This document shows positions 26,686 through 39,627 of a DNA stretch of 64,000 nucleotides, in pieces. Made by a program: the position numbers and the translations under genes. The first letter of the stretch is position 1, and each line of letters opens with the position of its first letter. The DNA comes from Tubulanus polymorphus (lineage: Eukaryota; Animalia; Nemertea): assembly GCF_964204645.1 (NCBI RefSeq), contig NC_134029.1, positions 7,466,850 to 7,530,849 of the forward strand. The letters are read 5' to 3'. The notes below the pieces were generated by a model, which saw only the letters and a program-made list of their open reading frames with translations, was not told where the DNA came from and did no database searches.

Positions 26686-29600
26686 CTACAATGGTCGAAC
26701 GTGGTCACCACTAGCGCTAGTCGGTAGAGCTTCTCGGAAAAGGTCTGCTTGACCCGAAATCCGTTCTAAAATTCTTATCAGCTGTAAAATAAATGTGGAC
26801 GTCATCGAAGTAAAATACTGACTTTCCTTTTCATCGAACACACTGTCAATTAAAACGAGCCTTTAAAAATAATGTTTTAAATATTCGGCTTAGATTAAGC
26901 GGTTTTTTAGCGTACTTTTTCTCAAGTTAAGAAATGTAAATCTTATGACATAAATGTGTATGTAAATGTATTATATGGTTTGAGTTGTTATTACCTTCCT
27001 GGCCTTCATTTGTACGGGTTGCTGGTGCTCGTTAGCGTGCAGGTGTAGTAGACTCGCGTGACACAGTTGAGCGACGTTATCCACTACAACCAGGTCAGTG
27101 CGCAATAATTGCTCCAACATAATCAACGAATGCTGAAAATAAAGATCGATTAATGAAAAAAGCCTCTCCAGAGAAATAGAGAGAGAAAGTAACGATGGAC
27201 TTCAAATAGGAATCGCACCAACAAAAAAAAACTCGCGAATTCGTGACAATTCATATCTTGGGACAGATAGAACCGCCCAATCCGGCGCCATATCAGACAA
27301 AGAAACTAGTTTAGCGTTACTACGAAAAGCGTTATATTCGAAGGGTATTGATTTGCATCATCGACTTCGCGATTAACGAGGTTAAAATATAATCATAATC
27401 ATAATAACAATCAGTAGGTAATTTTCATGTATTGATTTTGTGCGTAGAGTTATTAAAAGCACAACAAATTAAAAACATCGCGAAACGGCAATAATTAGAT
27501 TTAGTTTGACTAAACACAACGATACAATAGTACTTTATAGGTTAACGAGTTTATTTGACGCGCGAACTTTTGCTATCTATGTATAGTAGCTTCATCAGGT
27601 GAATGAGTAAAGCCAATGGAGAAACAACAGTATCTTTTTGTTTAGTTTGACTGTAATTCAATCACCGGAGTAATTGCATCAATTTTTTGATTTATTGTCA
27701 GAAAATTCATCAACGTCACACGACCTTCCATACCATAACGCAGTTGACGTTTTCGCTCGATAACGAATCGTTGAGAAGTTCGACGACTTTGTCGCAGTTC
27801 AAACTACAGCATCTGAAATCAGAGGAAAATCATTATTTCGACGTGAAAAGCGCAGACTTTGAAACAAAATAATAAGAACCAAAAGAAAATCCCAGAGACA
27901 TTTGCATAGACTTAAGCACAAATTCGTTTACTGACCTTTTGATGAACGAATTGATGTTATTTCTAGACGGGATCTGACGTTGTTGATTCATAATATGTTC
28001 GTCGATTAAACTTTGTTCCTGCGACCAATCGAGCACAGACACTGTGTTCAGCCTATAACAACAATATCAACGCATGAATTAAGACTCATTTCTCCTAAAT
28101 TTAGCAAACGCAGAATAAATTTACAATACTATAATACATCCATAAATATTTCACTCGTGTTATACATTTATATTGAAAAATAAAACTGTTGAAATAATGC
28201 TAAAAGATTGATACCTTGTCTCTCATTTCTGCGGAGCTGATTGTTGACCCGGTCAGCTGCCTAAATTTCATGTAAATTACTTTTTTCAAAATCATGATTG
28301 AGCTAATAGCAATAGACCCGGCATTTATAGAAAACTGATTGATTTCGTTGTCGTTTAAACAAGTTTCCCAGCTGATAACAAGAAACAAGGTATCATTCTT
28401 TCTCGCCTAAATATATTGCTGTAATATGTTTTTTTCATAAATCTTCGAACGAAAAATAGGGTACGATAAGTACACAAATATCAACCTTTCAGATAGATCT
28501 GTACTGTTATCAGAGCTGATACCACCTGATGACAATTTCACATCATCCGCATCTTCCGGCTCATCATCCCATCCACCGCCAGCGATGCCTTTTTTGTGAC
28601 CTGAATTGATATTTCGCACAAGGAAAACATCAGATCACTCGTTCGTTCACATGATATATGTACTGTACATGTATGTCGATTTACAGTATTCATTTATGAT
28701 AATAATAATAATAATAATTTTATCTATATACCGCTTCACACTGCGTTTCAAGGCGGTTTACAATAATGAATACATTAAGATAATAATATAGTTTTAATAA
28801 AACATTAGTTATCATAATACTGAGTAAAAAGAAATGTTTTAAGATTGGTTTTAAAATAGTTAATATCATCACTAAGGTTAAAGGTAGATTATTCCATAAA
28901 ACAGGGGCAGCCCAAGCAAAAGCTCGATTACCGTGAAAAATTGTATTGCATGACACATGAGACAGTTTAAACATATAAGCTGACCTTAATGAACGACTCG
29001 GTTTATACAGAGACACTAAATTGCTAAGGTAAGGAGGTGCTAGACCATGAATACATTTAAAAACCAAGGGTAAAACTTTGAATTGTATACCTTTACAAAC
29101 AGGTAACCAATGTAAGCTACCCCGTAAATAAAACAGAGGTGATATGGTCATATTTGATGATGCAAGGAAGCTCTTCTCCTGTCACATTTTTGGCCGATCC
29201 GTTTACCGGATTTACCTGGACCTTGGAGTAAATCCAAGCCTGGACGCAGCAATAGGTGCCTAGTAGTTAAATTTCTACCTTGTTCTATTCTACTAGGTCT
29301 AAGAAATGCTATTGCCCTGAAATGATTTAGACATATCTATAGAGACTTATTCACCTTTTGGTCTATTTGAGAGTGGTTGACTATTCGAACGAAGAGACGA
29401 TGGATTTCGTGAAGCGGACTCAAGAGTAACCGGTTCATAATTTCCGAAATATCGATCCGCGTTGATCATCGACTGGTTTGCCGGTTTTTTTACTTGAGGA
29501 TCGGATATCTTATCGGCAAATCCTTTCAAACCATCGACAATCGTCTCACCGATAGATTCTTCAAATACAATACAAATACAACAAAATGAATGAGAAACAC

Positions 29601-31710
29601 ATTACTTTCAATGAAGAGATGTGACGATGAAAGCATGATTGTACGTACTGTTTTGTTTGATGGGAGTGTTGCCAAATCCCTGCATTTTGGTCTTACTCGG
29701 TGAACCTAGCTGTTCATTACCCATACCAGTTATACATGCAGCTGAAATGAAAATACTTCTCAAAATAATTGTAGATATATTATTAGTCGAGCTTTGTTTA
29801 TTTCATGTGATTCACGAATTTTAAGTTAACAGAAGCGAAGTCCTTAGAATATTTGAATTCTAACTGACTCAATGGCAATGCTATTACACAGATCCAAACA
29901 GATATGGTTGGCCTCTATTCCACAAACTGCTTACTTGAGGCCGCATTTGCTACTGGCTCGGGTAAAATAACCTGCTCTGAATCATCTTCAACATCAAATA
30001 GAACTTCAATCAAATCCTATAAGTATCAATTAAAACCTTATCCAAATGATAATCGACGATTAAGGGAAAACAAACTTTGACCCAGGACTGAGAAATATAC
30101 CTTGGCTAATTTCCTCACATTTTGATACGGTGTATTGCCTAGCAGTGGGTCTGGTGGACCTCCAAAATCTGGAATATCAATTTAAGCATGTGAATTGATT
30201 GCCGCATTTCTATGCAATACAAGCCATTTATCAAAATGACGTACATATATTGTGAATTAGAGCACTACATTATAATACTTATAGTTTATACGTCCATGCA
30301 TGTATTGACTATACTTACTAGATGCCTCTTTAATACCTTGGGATGTTTTACGAAGACCTTGTCTGAAATGCGGGTGACCATTTTCGACGAGGTATTTCAT
30401 CAGATTCAGAACCTGAATTAAAGCCATTCAAAGAATGTGGGTTAAAAAATAAGATAATTAAAACTATTTTTAATACGAGCTTGAATTCGAACGATTAACA
30501 CAGATAACTAGGTTGAAAATAAAAAGGTTAAGGGTATTGACATTTAAATTAAATGATTAAATGACAAAAAATCCTATTTTGCATTTCCCAGAACAAGAAC
30601 GATGTTATATCTTGAAATGCACATACTTTCCATTTAACTCTCGGCGACGAATCATTTAATCTGTCAACAAAATAGTCGAGAACATCGTGGCAATAACTTC
30701 CCGATTCGAATGTTAACCCTGAATAAAACATAAATAAGGCGTCAAATATTTTCATTTCATTTGACGGTTGAAAGCAGTTCTGCGTCACTCAAGATCCACT
30801 CAACTCGGTAAATTGCCCGAAAAGATGGATTCTATGACGATTTTGATTTCTCTGATTCTAGTTTCAGTATTCCAAGTCCCCCCAGTGAGACAGAATCTAT
30901 TGCTGAACTATGAAAGTCATCCGTTTATTACACATGTTTGGCTGGGGAAGGCTTTTGTTCTTTGAAAAATGAAATCTCTCCTATCCATGTAATGCTTCGA
31001 AATTTTAACACAAGGGACAAACATATTTCACGTTCATAGAAAAAAGAACACCCCTGTGGGAAGTATCTTCAAACTAAAGAAAGTCAGAGACACAGACCAT
31101 TAATCTCTTGATACAAATATCCAGGTATTGGATCTTCATCATCTGATGTTGCCTTAGTCAAAGTTGCAATCTATAGAGAAAGAAGAAACAAATGTTGCAA
31201 CAATTTTCACAGTTCATCTACCGATATGTGCAATTTTCTCAAAGATGAAGAAAGCAGATACAATATCATTTTTACGGTAGGCCTATGAGGCAGGAGAAGT
31301 GCATCTATGTACATAACGAAAACCCAGTTCCACAGTTGAGTTTAAAGATTTGAATATACGTTTGCATTTAAGTTGGAGCCTTAATTACATGCATTGCCAG
31401 TGAGAAGTATACAGAGGGACATATATTTTTACTATATTTTATTTACTCAAACCAATAACCGGTACTGACGGGACATCAGGCACACCGTACACTGGCGCCA
31501 CCTGTATGTAAAAAGTTAGAATTTCTGATTTTTCAATTTTGTTTAGAGATTGTGTAAATACTGTAACACCTATAGTCGGTTCGGGGGTACGGTAAGAAAG
31601 ATTTGGGCGCCACCTTTCAGGTGCTTTGCTATTAAAACACCGACCTTTTGAACAAATGACATTTTGTCGAGAAAAACCGATCTTTGCGGACTTGTCATGG
31701 ACGCAGCCAT
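26686..31710 (-). CDS. TEPSIN: AP-4 accessory protein tepsin (ENTH + VHS-like), 13 exons, ~438 aa
   Basis: Exons 31710-31645, 31170-31098, 30718-30627, 30412-30319, 30168-30101, 30016-29935, 29741-29649, 29558-29355, 28600-28486, 28052-27936, 27812-27734, 27132-26995, 26781-26686. The N-terminus LDKMSFVQKIATLTKATSDDEDPIPGYLYQEI...VKWKVLNLM...FGGPPDPLLGNTPYQNVRKLAKDL matches the tepsin ENTH domain; also MQGFG and GGGWD motifs. Confidence 0.92.
28700..29160 (-). mobile_element. L2/CR1-group LINE 3' fragment in a TEPSIN intron
   Basis: KYDHITSVL / LHWLPVCKGIQFKVLPLVFKCIHGLAPPYLSNL...RSLRS...GNRAFAWAAPVLWNNLP is a typical L2 ORF2 C-terminus, followed by an (ATT)n tail near 28700-28717. Confidence 0.85.
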
Positions 31711-31957
31711 TTTGTTTGTTTTGACTGTCACTAAAAAATCAACCGACCAGAAATCGAATATTTGCTGGATCGATATCAACCTATCTAAACTGAAAACATC
31801 AAATATTGACACCAATAAAACTTTAATCTTTTTTTCTCTCTCTTAACTAATGCTAAAAATATTTTCAAAGGCATTTTCGTTATTTTTAAGAGATTGTTTT
31901 TGTGGATAACGATTACTATTGCCAGCACATTTCCGGGTTTGGTTTTTCGACTGAAAT
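31711..31957. promoter_or_regulatory. Bidirectional promoter between TEPSIN and ALG5
   Basis: Divergent ATGs 247 bp apart. YY1-like CAAAATGGC over the TEPSIN start, ATCGATA (DRE-like) at ~31769, ETS-like TTCCGG at ~31931. Confidence 0.65.
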
Positions 31958-34900
31958 ATGAGTTTATTCTTTATTTTTGAGGTAGTCGCGTGTCTGCTGT
32001 TTCTATCACTGGTCATTGTAAGTACAGATAACGTAGTTTCTCGAATTTGAATACATCCCGAGCCCTTTGGGTGTTGAAGCGTCGATTAATTCTTGAAATT
32101 TGAGTACAAATGTATAGTAAATTCAATTCAATTTAGGCTAGTTTATTGGAGTTATGGTAATGTACTAGTCAGTAAAATCGTTCTTTGTGACTGTGGTTAA
32201 ATTTGACTATCGGATAATTTTACAAAATCTTTATTTGATGTGAAAGTTCTAATGCCACCAATGTTAATATTCACCAAGAACCTTAGTGTCTGATGTACCA
32301 CAGACACTAAGACACGAACGACATTTTCTCGATACTCTTAAATCACTGTGACTTTAAACCACCAGAAATCCAGTTTCACTAAACCGATTGTGAAAAAAAA
32401 CCTCTCTTTACAAACCTCAAAAACATTCATTTTTCTTATTATTATGTTCATTCGGAGGTTCCTTCATCATACTCCGTGCTTGATGCGATATAAATACAGA
32501 AATAGCAAAAATGACACCATTTTTTCACTTTTGAAACTAGGCATTGTAACACTGTAGTTCGTTAGCAACCAGACACTTGAGCGATGCCTGTCTCATCGCT
32601 AAACAGCGCATCATTTTTGTATCTTAAATTTAATCGTACTAAAATCAGATTTATCATCAAAATGATATAATGAACAAACGTAAGACATCATAAGGTTAGT
32701 GTAGATAGTTTATTAATCAAAATCGGTTGTTTATTTGCTGAGATATCGCAGTTTTAACACAGGCAAAAATGCCGACAGTAGATGTGTCGGCAAAAGTCAC
32801 GCGAATTTGAATGAACGTGTCTGGGTGGGTGGTTACACAGGATCGTAGAGCAACGTAGATACACTGTGGAGACAGCCACACTGCCAGGACTGGGTGAAGG
32901 TTAATATAGACTGGTACTAACTAACTGCTCAGCTCATGTTTTGTTCGTTGACATAGTTAATGTTGTATGTTGCAGGGATTGGTATGTCTGTTCCTAGTGT
33001 CACAAGCGTATCCGAACTTAGACAGATTTGACGCAGAGAAATACTTCTTAGATCCGCAAGCGACGAAAAAACAGCAGAAGTTTCCTTCGCTGAACGATAA
33101 ACATTCTGTACAGCTGTCGGTTATAGTTCCGTCTTACAATGAACAAGATCGACGTAAGTATGACCAGAATTAATTAAAGATATTTCTAACGATTCGCAGA
33201 GAATTGCCAACGAATTTTAGAAGTGCTTGATTTTTGAAAAAATTGGAAAAGCTCTTCGAAAGTTCTTGCCAATAAAGTCTCCGGACAGACTTACTTACCT
33301 ATGAAGAAAAGAATCTTCAGGTTCATTCAATAGAAACTGGCTAAGCAGTATGCATCATTGAGAAAGTATTTGAATTTTTGTTGCACTGTGATTTTAGCCA
33401 GAAAATAGCTTAGAAATTGCTTACTTGTCTTTTGTGTCAGTGCTTAAGTGTATACTTTTGCCTTGGCCTTACTGCTCATTTAATTGATCTGACTATTAGA
33501 AATATCTCCAAAAAATTGAGAAGTTCTAGATCTCCAGATCAGTGACAAGTAATGGTCAGAAATCGGTCTGTCACATAAACGCAATTAAATGCATTTTGAA
33601 TCAATTTCCCTAGAAACTGTTTTTTTCTGCAGTGCCCACTATGTTGGATGAATGTATAGGATTTCTAGAAAAAAGGAGAAGTAGCGATCCAGAAAAAACG
33701 TTCGAAATTATCGTCGTTGATGATGGCAGTAAAGACAAAACTTCTAAAGTAAGTTGATATCGCTGACAATCAGTCCACAAGAGAAAACATTTCTTACTAT
33801 TTAGTAACCAACAACTTCAAATGTACTGGTGAAAAATTAGGTTTGCATATGAGTTTGTGTGTAAAATGTCTTCCTTTATTTTATTTTCTGTCTGCAGGTC
33901 GCCTTAGACTATTCAATAAAGTATGGCTGTGACAAAGTTCGAGTTTTGACATTAGTCAAAAACAGAGGCAAAGGAGGCGCTGTTCGACTTGTAAGTTAAA
34001 ACTAAAATATGCACAATGAATAGTGATTTTGATGGTTTGTATTGCGAACTGAGAATGACTTGATTTTAATGTTTCAGGGCATGTTTAGCGCAAGAGGAAA
34101 GTCATTATTATTTGCCGATGCCGATGGTGCTACATCGTTCCCTGATCTCGTGAAACTCGAAGAATCTCTGAATGAAATAACAAATAAGGTACATTTTCAA
34201 TTTACCATGCACCGGGGCTGTCAGCTGAGTCCCAATAAACTGTTTGCTCAGCTGGTCATTCATTTGTGTGCATTGAATATTGATCTTTTCATCCCTGCCT
34301 CCAAGGGTTATTGTTTAAAGATGCTTCATAAATTTGCCTTGCCAACCTTCTATTAAGAATGGGCACCTTTTTGATATTCCTGGATCAATCAACTTAGCTG
34401 TTGTTCCCCGGATGATTGTCCCCCATTTTTCAATGAAAACCAACAACAATGTCAACCAAGTACAATTCTACTGAGAAATTCATAAGCAGTGTTAAAGTAA
34501 CGCCCCTAAAAACTAACGACATGTATATATATAATACACAAGTACTGATTGTGAAGCAGTCATTTTGATAGACTGTTTGAGGCTTTGGTATCCTGTGATT
34601 CAACGATGATGATCTATAGTTGTTTATTTATGTTTTAGGATGGTATGGGTGTGGTGTGTGGTTCGAGAGCTCATTTAGAAGAAGAATCCGTTGCTAGTGT
34701 AAGTTTTTGACTATCATGGTTTTCGCAAATGCTTTTCCTAAATGTGAATCGGTAGAGATTATTTGAATTCAGTGCAGCACACTCGTTCCATTCAAATAAC
34801 ACGAAATATCATAGGATTTTAGGATAAGTTTAAGATAAGTTAGGTAATTTCTTAGACACAATTTTTCTATCTCAGGATCCAGTTCCACAGTTTTGAGTTA

Positions 34901-37157
34901 AGATTTGACTCTGAGTTAACTCATTGAAAATGATCTTATTTAATTAACTCAGGGTTAACTCACAACTTTGGAACTCGATCCAGGGCAATAAGTAAATCAT
35001 TTTTAGCCCACTTGGGACTTTAGTCCCAGCGGGCTATTGCGTTCACTTTTCGTCCGTCGTCCGTAGACGGAATCCAGTTATTTTGGGAAGTTTTGAAGAC
35101 GCTTCAAGGTAATGTCTTGATATTTAGGTTACACATGTATCTACCCTAGACACATCTCGTACTCCCCTCACAACTCCCTCAAGGGCCCATCAGCATAAGA
35201 AAAATTGGGTCGATCGGACTCAAGATGGCCGTCCTCTGACCTTTTTAGTGCCCAAAAATGTCAATTTTGGCCCAAATTCGGAGTCCTGTGGCTTCCTACT
35301 GGTTTGCCATTTCTCATTGCAATTTGTGATGGGTATTTTTTGGAAAGGGACGTTTTATACCTGAGACAGGTATTTTTGATCAGCCAATTATGGCGCAATT
35401 GGCGGCCATCTTGGTGTCATCAGTACTCATTCGTAGGTAGGAAAAAGTTTTTCCACATTATATTGATACCTAAGCATATTGTGTTACCGCAATTTATTGG
35501 AAAGTTGTAGCTCATAACGTGTTCTATGATGATTTTGGTGAGTTTCAAGGTCAAGCTTTTTGTATATGGCCACCAGGGGGCATTGAATAATACAATAACT
35601 TAGTATTTCTTTATTATATTTGTACCTACGCATATTTTGTTACCACAATCAATTGCAAAGTTGTAGCTCATGACATCGTCTATGATTGTGGTGAGTTTCA
35701 AGGACATTAGTTATTCTATACGGTCACCAGGGGGCATTGAATAGTAGAATAATAGTATTTCCTTATTAGATTGGTACCTAGGGATATTTTGTTACCATGA
35801 TCAATTGCAAAGTTGTAGTTCATGACATGTTCTATGATTGTGGTGAGTTTCAAGGCCATCGGGTTTTGCATATGGTCACCAGGGGGCATTGAATAGTAGA
35901 ATAAGTTAGTATTTCCATATTAAATTGGTAACGAGGCATATTTTGTTATCACAATCAATTACAAAATCATAGCTGCTGACATATTCTATGATTGTGGTGA
36001 GTTTCAAGGTCATTGGTTTTTGTATATGGTCACGAGGGGCCGTTGAATATTGAAATTGTTAGATTGTTGAGCATTTGAAACCACTTCCCAAGTGGGCATG
36101 GTGACCCTGGACCCCTAGTTGCTTTTAAAGGTACTTGTGCATGTGTGTAATGAATGTTAAAGGTGATTCCAGAAAGTAATGTCATTATTATCGTTCATTG
36201 CAGCGTTCATTCATGCGTACAGTTTTGATGTATGGATTTCATTTTCTTGTTTGGTTCCTCTGCGTTCGAGGCATCAAAGACACTCAGTGCGGATTTAAAT
36301 TATTAACACGTCCAGCTGCATTGCTCCTCTTCTCAAATCTACATGTAGAAAGATGGTAAGCTTGTTATAAATTGTCATTTACATTGAGCTAATTTAGCAC
36401 TTAATTGGACACTGGCTTTTGACACATGTTTGCTAACCGCAATCAATTGCAAAATTGTAGCTAATGACATTTCATTTATTGTGGTGAGTTTCAAGGTCAT
36501 GATTACTGTATTTGTTCACCTGGGGGTGTTGAATATTGAAATTATCAGATTGGCATTTGATCAAATGGGCATGGTGTCCCTCGCACTAGTTCTAGAACTA
36601 AGGCACTGGTTTACTAAAGATAATCACCATTCATCAGTTTCATATATCATAAATCTAAGAATATAGATATGCATTGTAAAATCTTATAGATGATCCATAT
36701 TTCATGGACTGTTCCAACGTTGTCGACACAGTTTCAGGAGAAAATATCTATAACTGAAACCATTGTTCCTCGTTTTCAGGGCTTTCGATGTTGATATGTT
36801 ATATCTAGCGCAATATTTCAACATTCCTATCTCAGAAGTAGCTGTAAATTGGCAGGAAATTGAAGGTAAGTCACATAGATATTCGGTGAGAATTTCTTTC
36901 ATACGTTGAAATGAAACGGTCAACCTTGATAAAAGCAAAAGAGGTTGAATTCAAAAATCTTTGTGACAGTGGAAATTCTGATGAAATTTCATCTAGTTCT
37001 TCAGCGCTGGATACAGATAGTTATTGAACAAATCTTTCTAGGTTCTAAGATGATACCGATATTCAGCTGGGCCCAGATGGGCAAGGACTTATTGCTTATA
37101 CGACTGCGATATCTTATAGGAGCCTGGAAAATCAACCCTAAAATCAAAGCGGATTGA
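31958..37157 (+). CDS. ALG5: Dolichyl-phosphate beta-glucosyltransferase, 9 exons
   Basis: Exons 31958-32017, 32976-33153, 33633-33748, 33898-33990, 34078-34188, 34639-34698, 36204-36355, 36780-36865, 37042-37157. Motifs [75 protein letters not shown]; N-terminal TM segment. Confidence 0.97.
34876..34980. mobile_element. MITE with CAG TSD (family also at ~63090-63188; fragments at ~17104 and ~31323)
   Basis: CAG|GATCCAGTTCCACAGTT.TGAGTTAA ... TTAACTCACAACT.TGGAACT.GATC|CAG. Confidence 0.8.
35000..36120 (+). mobile_element. Helentron-associated non-autonomous element (HINE/DINE-1-like) with internal ~153-bp tandem array
   Basis: 5' end TTTTTAGCCCACTTG followed by a hairpin, the inverted copy AGCGGGCTA and a short GTCC microsatellite. 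3' sub-TIR CAAGTGGGC followed by a GC-rich end ...CCCTAGTT. Four repeats marked by CACCAGGGGGCATTGAA at ~35571, 35725, 35877 and 36031. Confidence 0.8.
36425..36590 (+). mobile_element. 3' fragment of the same HINE family in ALG5 intron 7
   Basis: CAATCAATTGCAAA.TTGTAGCT...GTGGTGAGTTTCAAGGTCAT...GAATATTGAAATT...TGGGCATGGTG.CCCT...CTAGTT matches 35940-36120. Confidence 0.75.
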
Positions 37158-37702
37158 TCAAATATATGTGAGTACCTCGAGAAAATGTGAAAGCTAACTT
37201 GACTCACATTCACGGACAGTTGGGTAATGTGTGAAACATTGCTGGTGAATATTTCAAAGAATGCTTCTTAATTGTAGATGGGTGTTTTTTAGACCTCTGG
37301 CAAGTTCTGTTCTTCTCGATCTTCGTGGTGAAAGCTTCCATGCAGATGTAACTATTTTCATGAACCAACCTGAAAACTGCCGTTTCTAGGAATCAAGCTG
37401 CTGTTGTGCTTCCAGCAGGAGGTTTGGCCTGTGCGATTGGTTTGGCCTGGCGATTTCTGGCTTCGTTTTCAGTATTGTCAAATCGAAAAAAAACCTATGT
37501 AACGAAAATATTGTTGATTATTCAACGACCTTAACTCTTATAGAACTTTCCTGTAGTAAAGGGGCTGCTGGTATAAAATATCTTTATGACTAATTACCAT
37601 ACAGTTTAGCTTATTGGAATCGAGCCTCTAGTTTATATATTGTTTGAGGAATTTTTCGAGGCAGCCATCCTTTAAGAAGGTCCTCTTGATCATACATGTA
37701 TA

Positions 37703-37973
37703 CAGGGGCGGATCCTGCCTCTTATCCTGAATACTGCTTTAAGACATTATCACAGCCTAGGACCATAATAGGGTGTGGAGGTTCTTCCCCAGAGAATTTT
37801 AGAATTTCACCACCTCCGGATGCGTTCTTAGCTTTTGTGTGTTTGTTAAATCTAATTTTCCACCCATCATTCCAAAATACTTGGAAAATTAATCTGCTCT
37901 GGCGTTTGATGTCTAACAAACAAATCATTCTTGAATAATCGGCGAGTACCGCTCAAGGCTGGATCCGCGCCTG
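37703..37973. mobile_element. MITE with CAGGGGCGGATCC-type TIRs (relatives at ~40149-40377, ~58436-58692, ~62368)
   Basis: CAGGGGCGGATCC ... GGATCCGCGCCTG. Confidence 0.7.
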
Positions 37974-38509
37974 ATATTTATTTATTTATAAGACAAATGG
38001 TGATGTAATAGAAGTCTATCGGATATTAAAGCTTGGGAAAACTTTATGGGGGCATAGAGTATATTTCTTCAATCTACGTTTCCTGTATGTCGATATAGGC
38101 TTATCTATATGTATGGACGCAATATCTGGGTGCATATCAATTAAATTTCTTTTGAACGTGTGTAGATGAAATCAAAGTTAACAGATTTTAAAGTGAATCA
38201 AATTAGTTGATAATGACTTAATTTTGAATGTTTTTGAAGTGTCTAACTTCATGCAGTAGGCATGCAATGTACGTGCGTTTTGTGAGCCAAATCGATGATG
38301 GGAATGTGTGAAAATTTCGACGACATACTGGTCACAAATGAATCTAATAAATTGATTGTATACTGTTTAATACATTTGTATAATTGACGTATGAAAGTTT
38401 CGTATAGATGAATAAATGAATGAATATATTTTATCATGATTTTATACTTTCGTCTGTTATTTTCATCTCTTTGTTTTTGATAGACAGCCGGCCAGGTCTA
38501 CTTTTAAGC

Positions 38510-38880
38510 TCAGAAATGAGAAACATGATGTGGATTTGTCAAACCTTTACGGAAAAAATCCCTTATAATCGCTGGTATGGGTACTAGAGGGGTTTTTGTC
38601 TCCCAAACGAACTTGTTCAGTCGATGCTTACTGACGTCACAAGATCTCCCTCCGAGCCAGAAACCGTGGAGCCTATTTGTGTTGAGACGAATTTGATAAC
38701 CGTGTGGCCTGGTGTAGAGCCTTGAAATCAATTCGTGCATGAAATGATAAACGCATCCATTCGGTTGATTTAATATATGAAGGTTCCCGATGAATGTAAC
38801 GATTTGATAGATGGCGTTTGGCAAATGTATTTATTCCTGTGAGGTTTTGATTCAGATTTACCAGCTGACATATAGCAAAT
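38510..38880 (-). pseudogene. Possible degenerate C-type lectin-like fragment
   Basis: ...GNLHILNQ...HFMHELIS...GFWLGGRS...NKFVWE resembles the CTLD pattern (G.L.SI...F...L...W[IL]G...F.W). No clean start or splice sites, and the C-terminal cysteines are absent. Confidence 0.3.
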
Positions 38881-38960
38881 TATCCGGCCACCTTACAGAG
38901 CGAAACAATACGGCCAAAAGATGAATATCCGTTCTTTATTGTATACATAATATTGATTTT

Positions 38961-39063
<103 letters not shown>

Positions 39064-39627
39064 TAGATTGATACAAAAACAAAAGAGAAAAAAAAAACAA
39101 TGAAATTTTCGTTGATAAATATCGATAATATTCGAAACGGAAGTTATCACAGTTTGTCCAAATACTTATTCTCCTTTCAAGCTTTGGTGACTCATCGAAA
39201 GAAACGAATGGTCGAAAAACGCCAATTCCTCTTCAAAGGAGAGAGAGTATGCTTAAAACCTTTTCCTTACATCTATAACGCATCTACGAAATCAAAACGT
39301 CTAAAGATTTATGTAAGCCCATTTTAACCCTGGATCCAATTAACAGTATAGTGGGCCTACAGTTATCCATAGAAATTGATTTATTCATTTCAAAATTCTG
39401 GGGCTTGGATTTTATTTTTATTTGAACAGTGCAACCACATGACTGACTTATCAACTGTAGATGAAATCGGTCTCAGGCTATGTAAACTATGAAATTTCCG
39501 TAACCCTATAAGGCTTTTACGTTCTAAGTAGATCCGTCCGTTGAGAGCTGATAAAAAACTGATGAAAAAACTACATATATATATGTTACATTTTGCCACA
39601 AGACGAAAACATATGAATGTGAAATCT

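Noticed and set aside
28720-29151. 143-aa ORF as a host gene
   Set aside because: It is the C-terminus of an L2-type LINE ORF2 lying in a TEPSIN intron.
29216-29260. Possible extra TEPSIN exon (AG...GT bounded)
   Set aside because: Inclusion would break the phase-1 junction between the flanking exons, and it adjoins the LINE relic.
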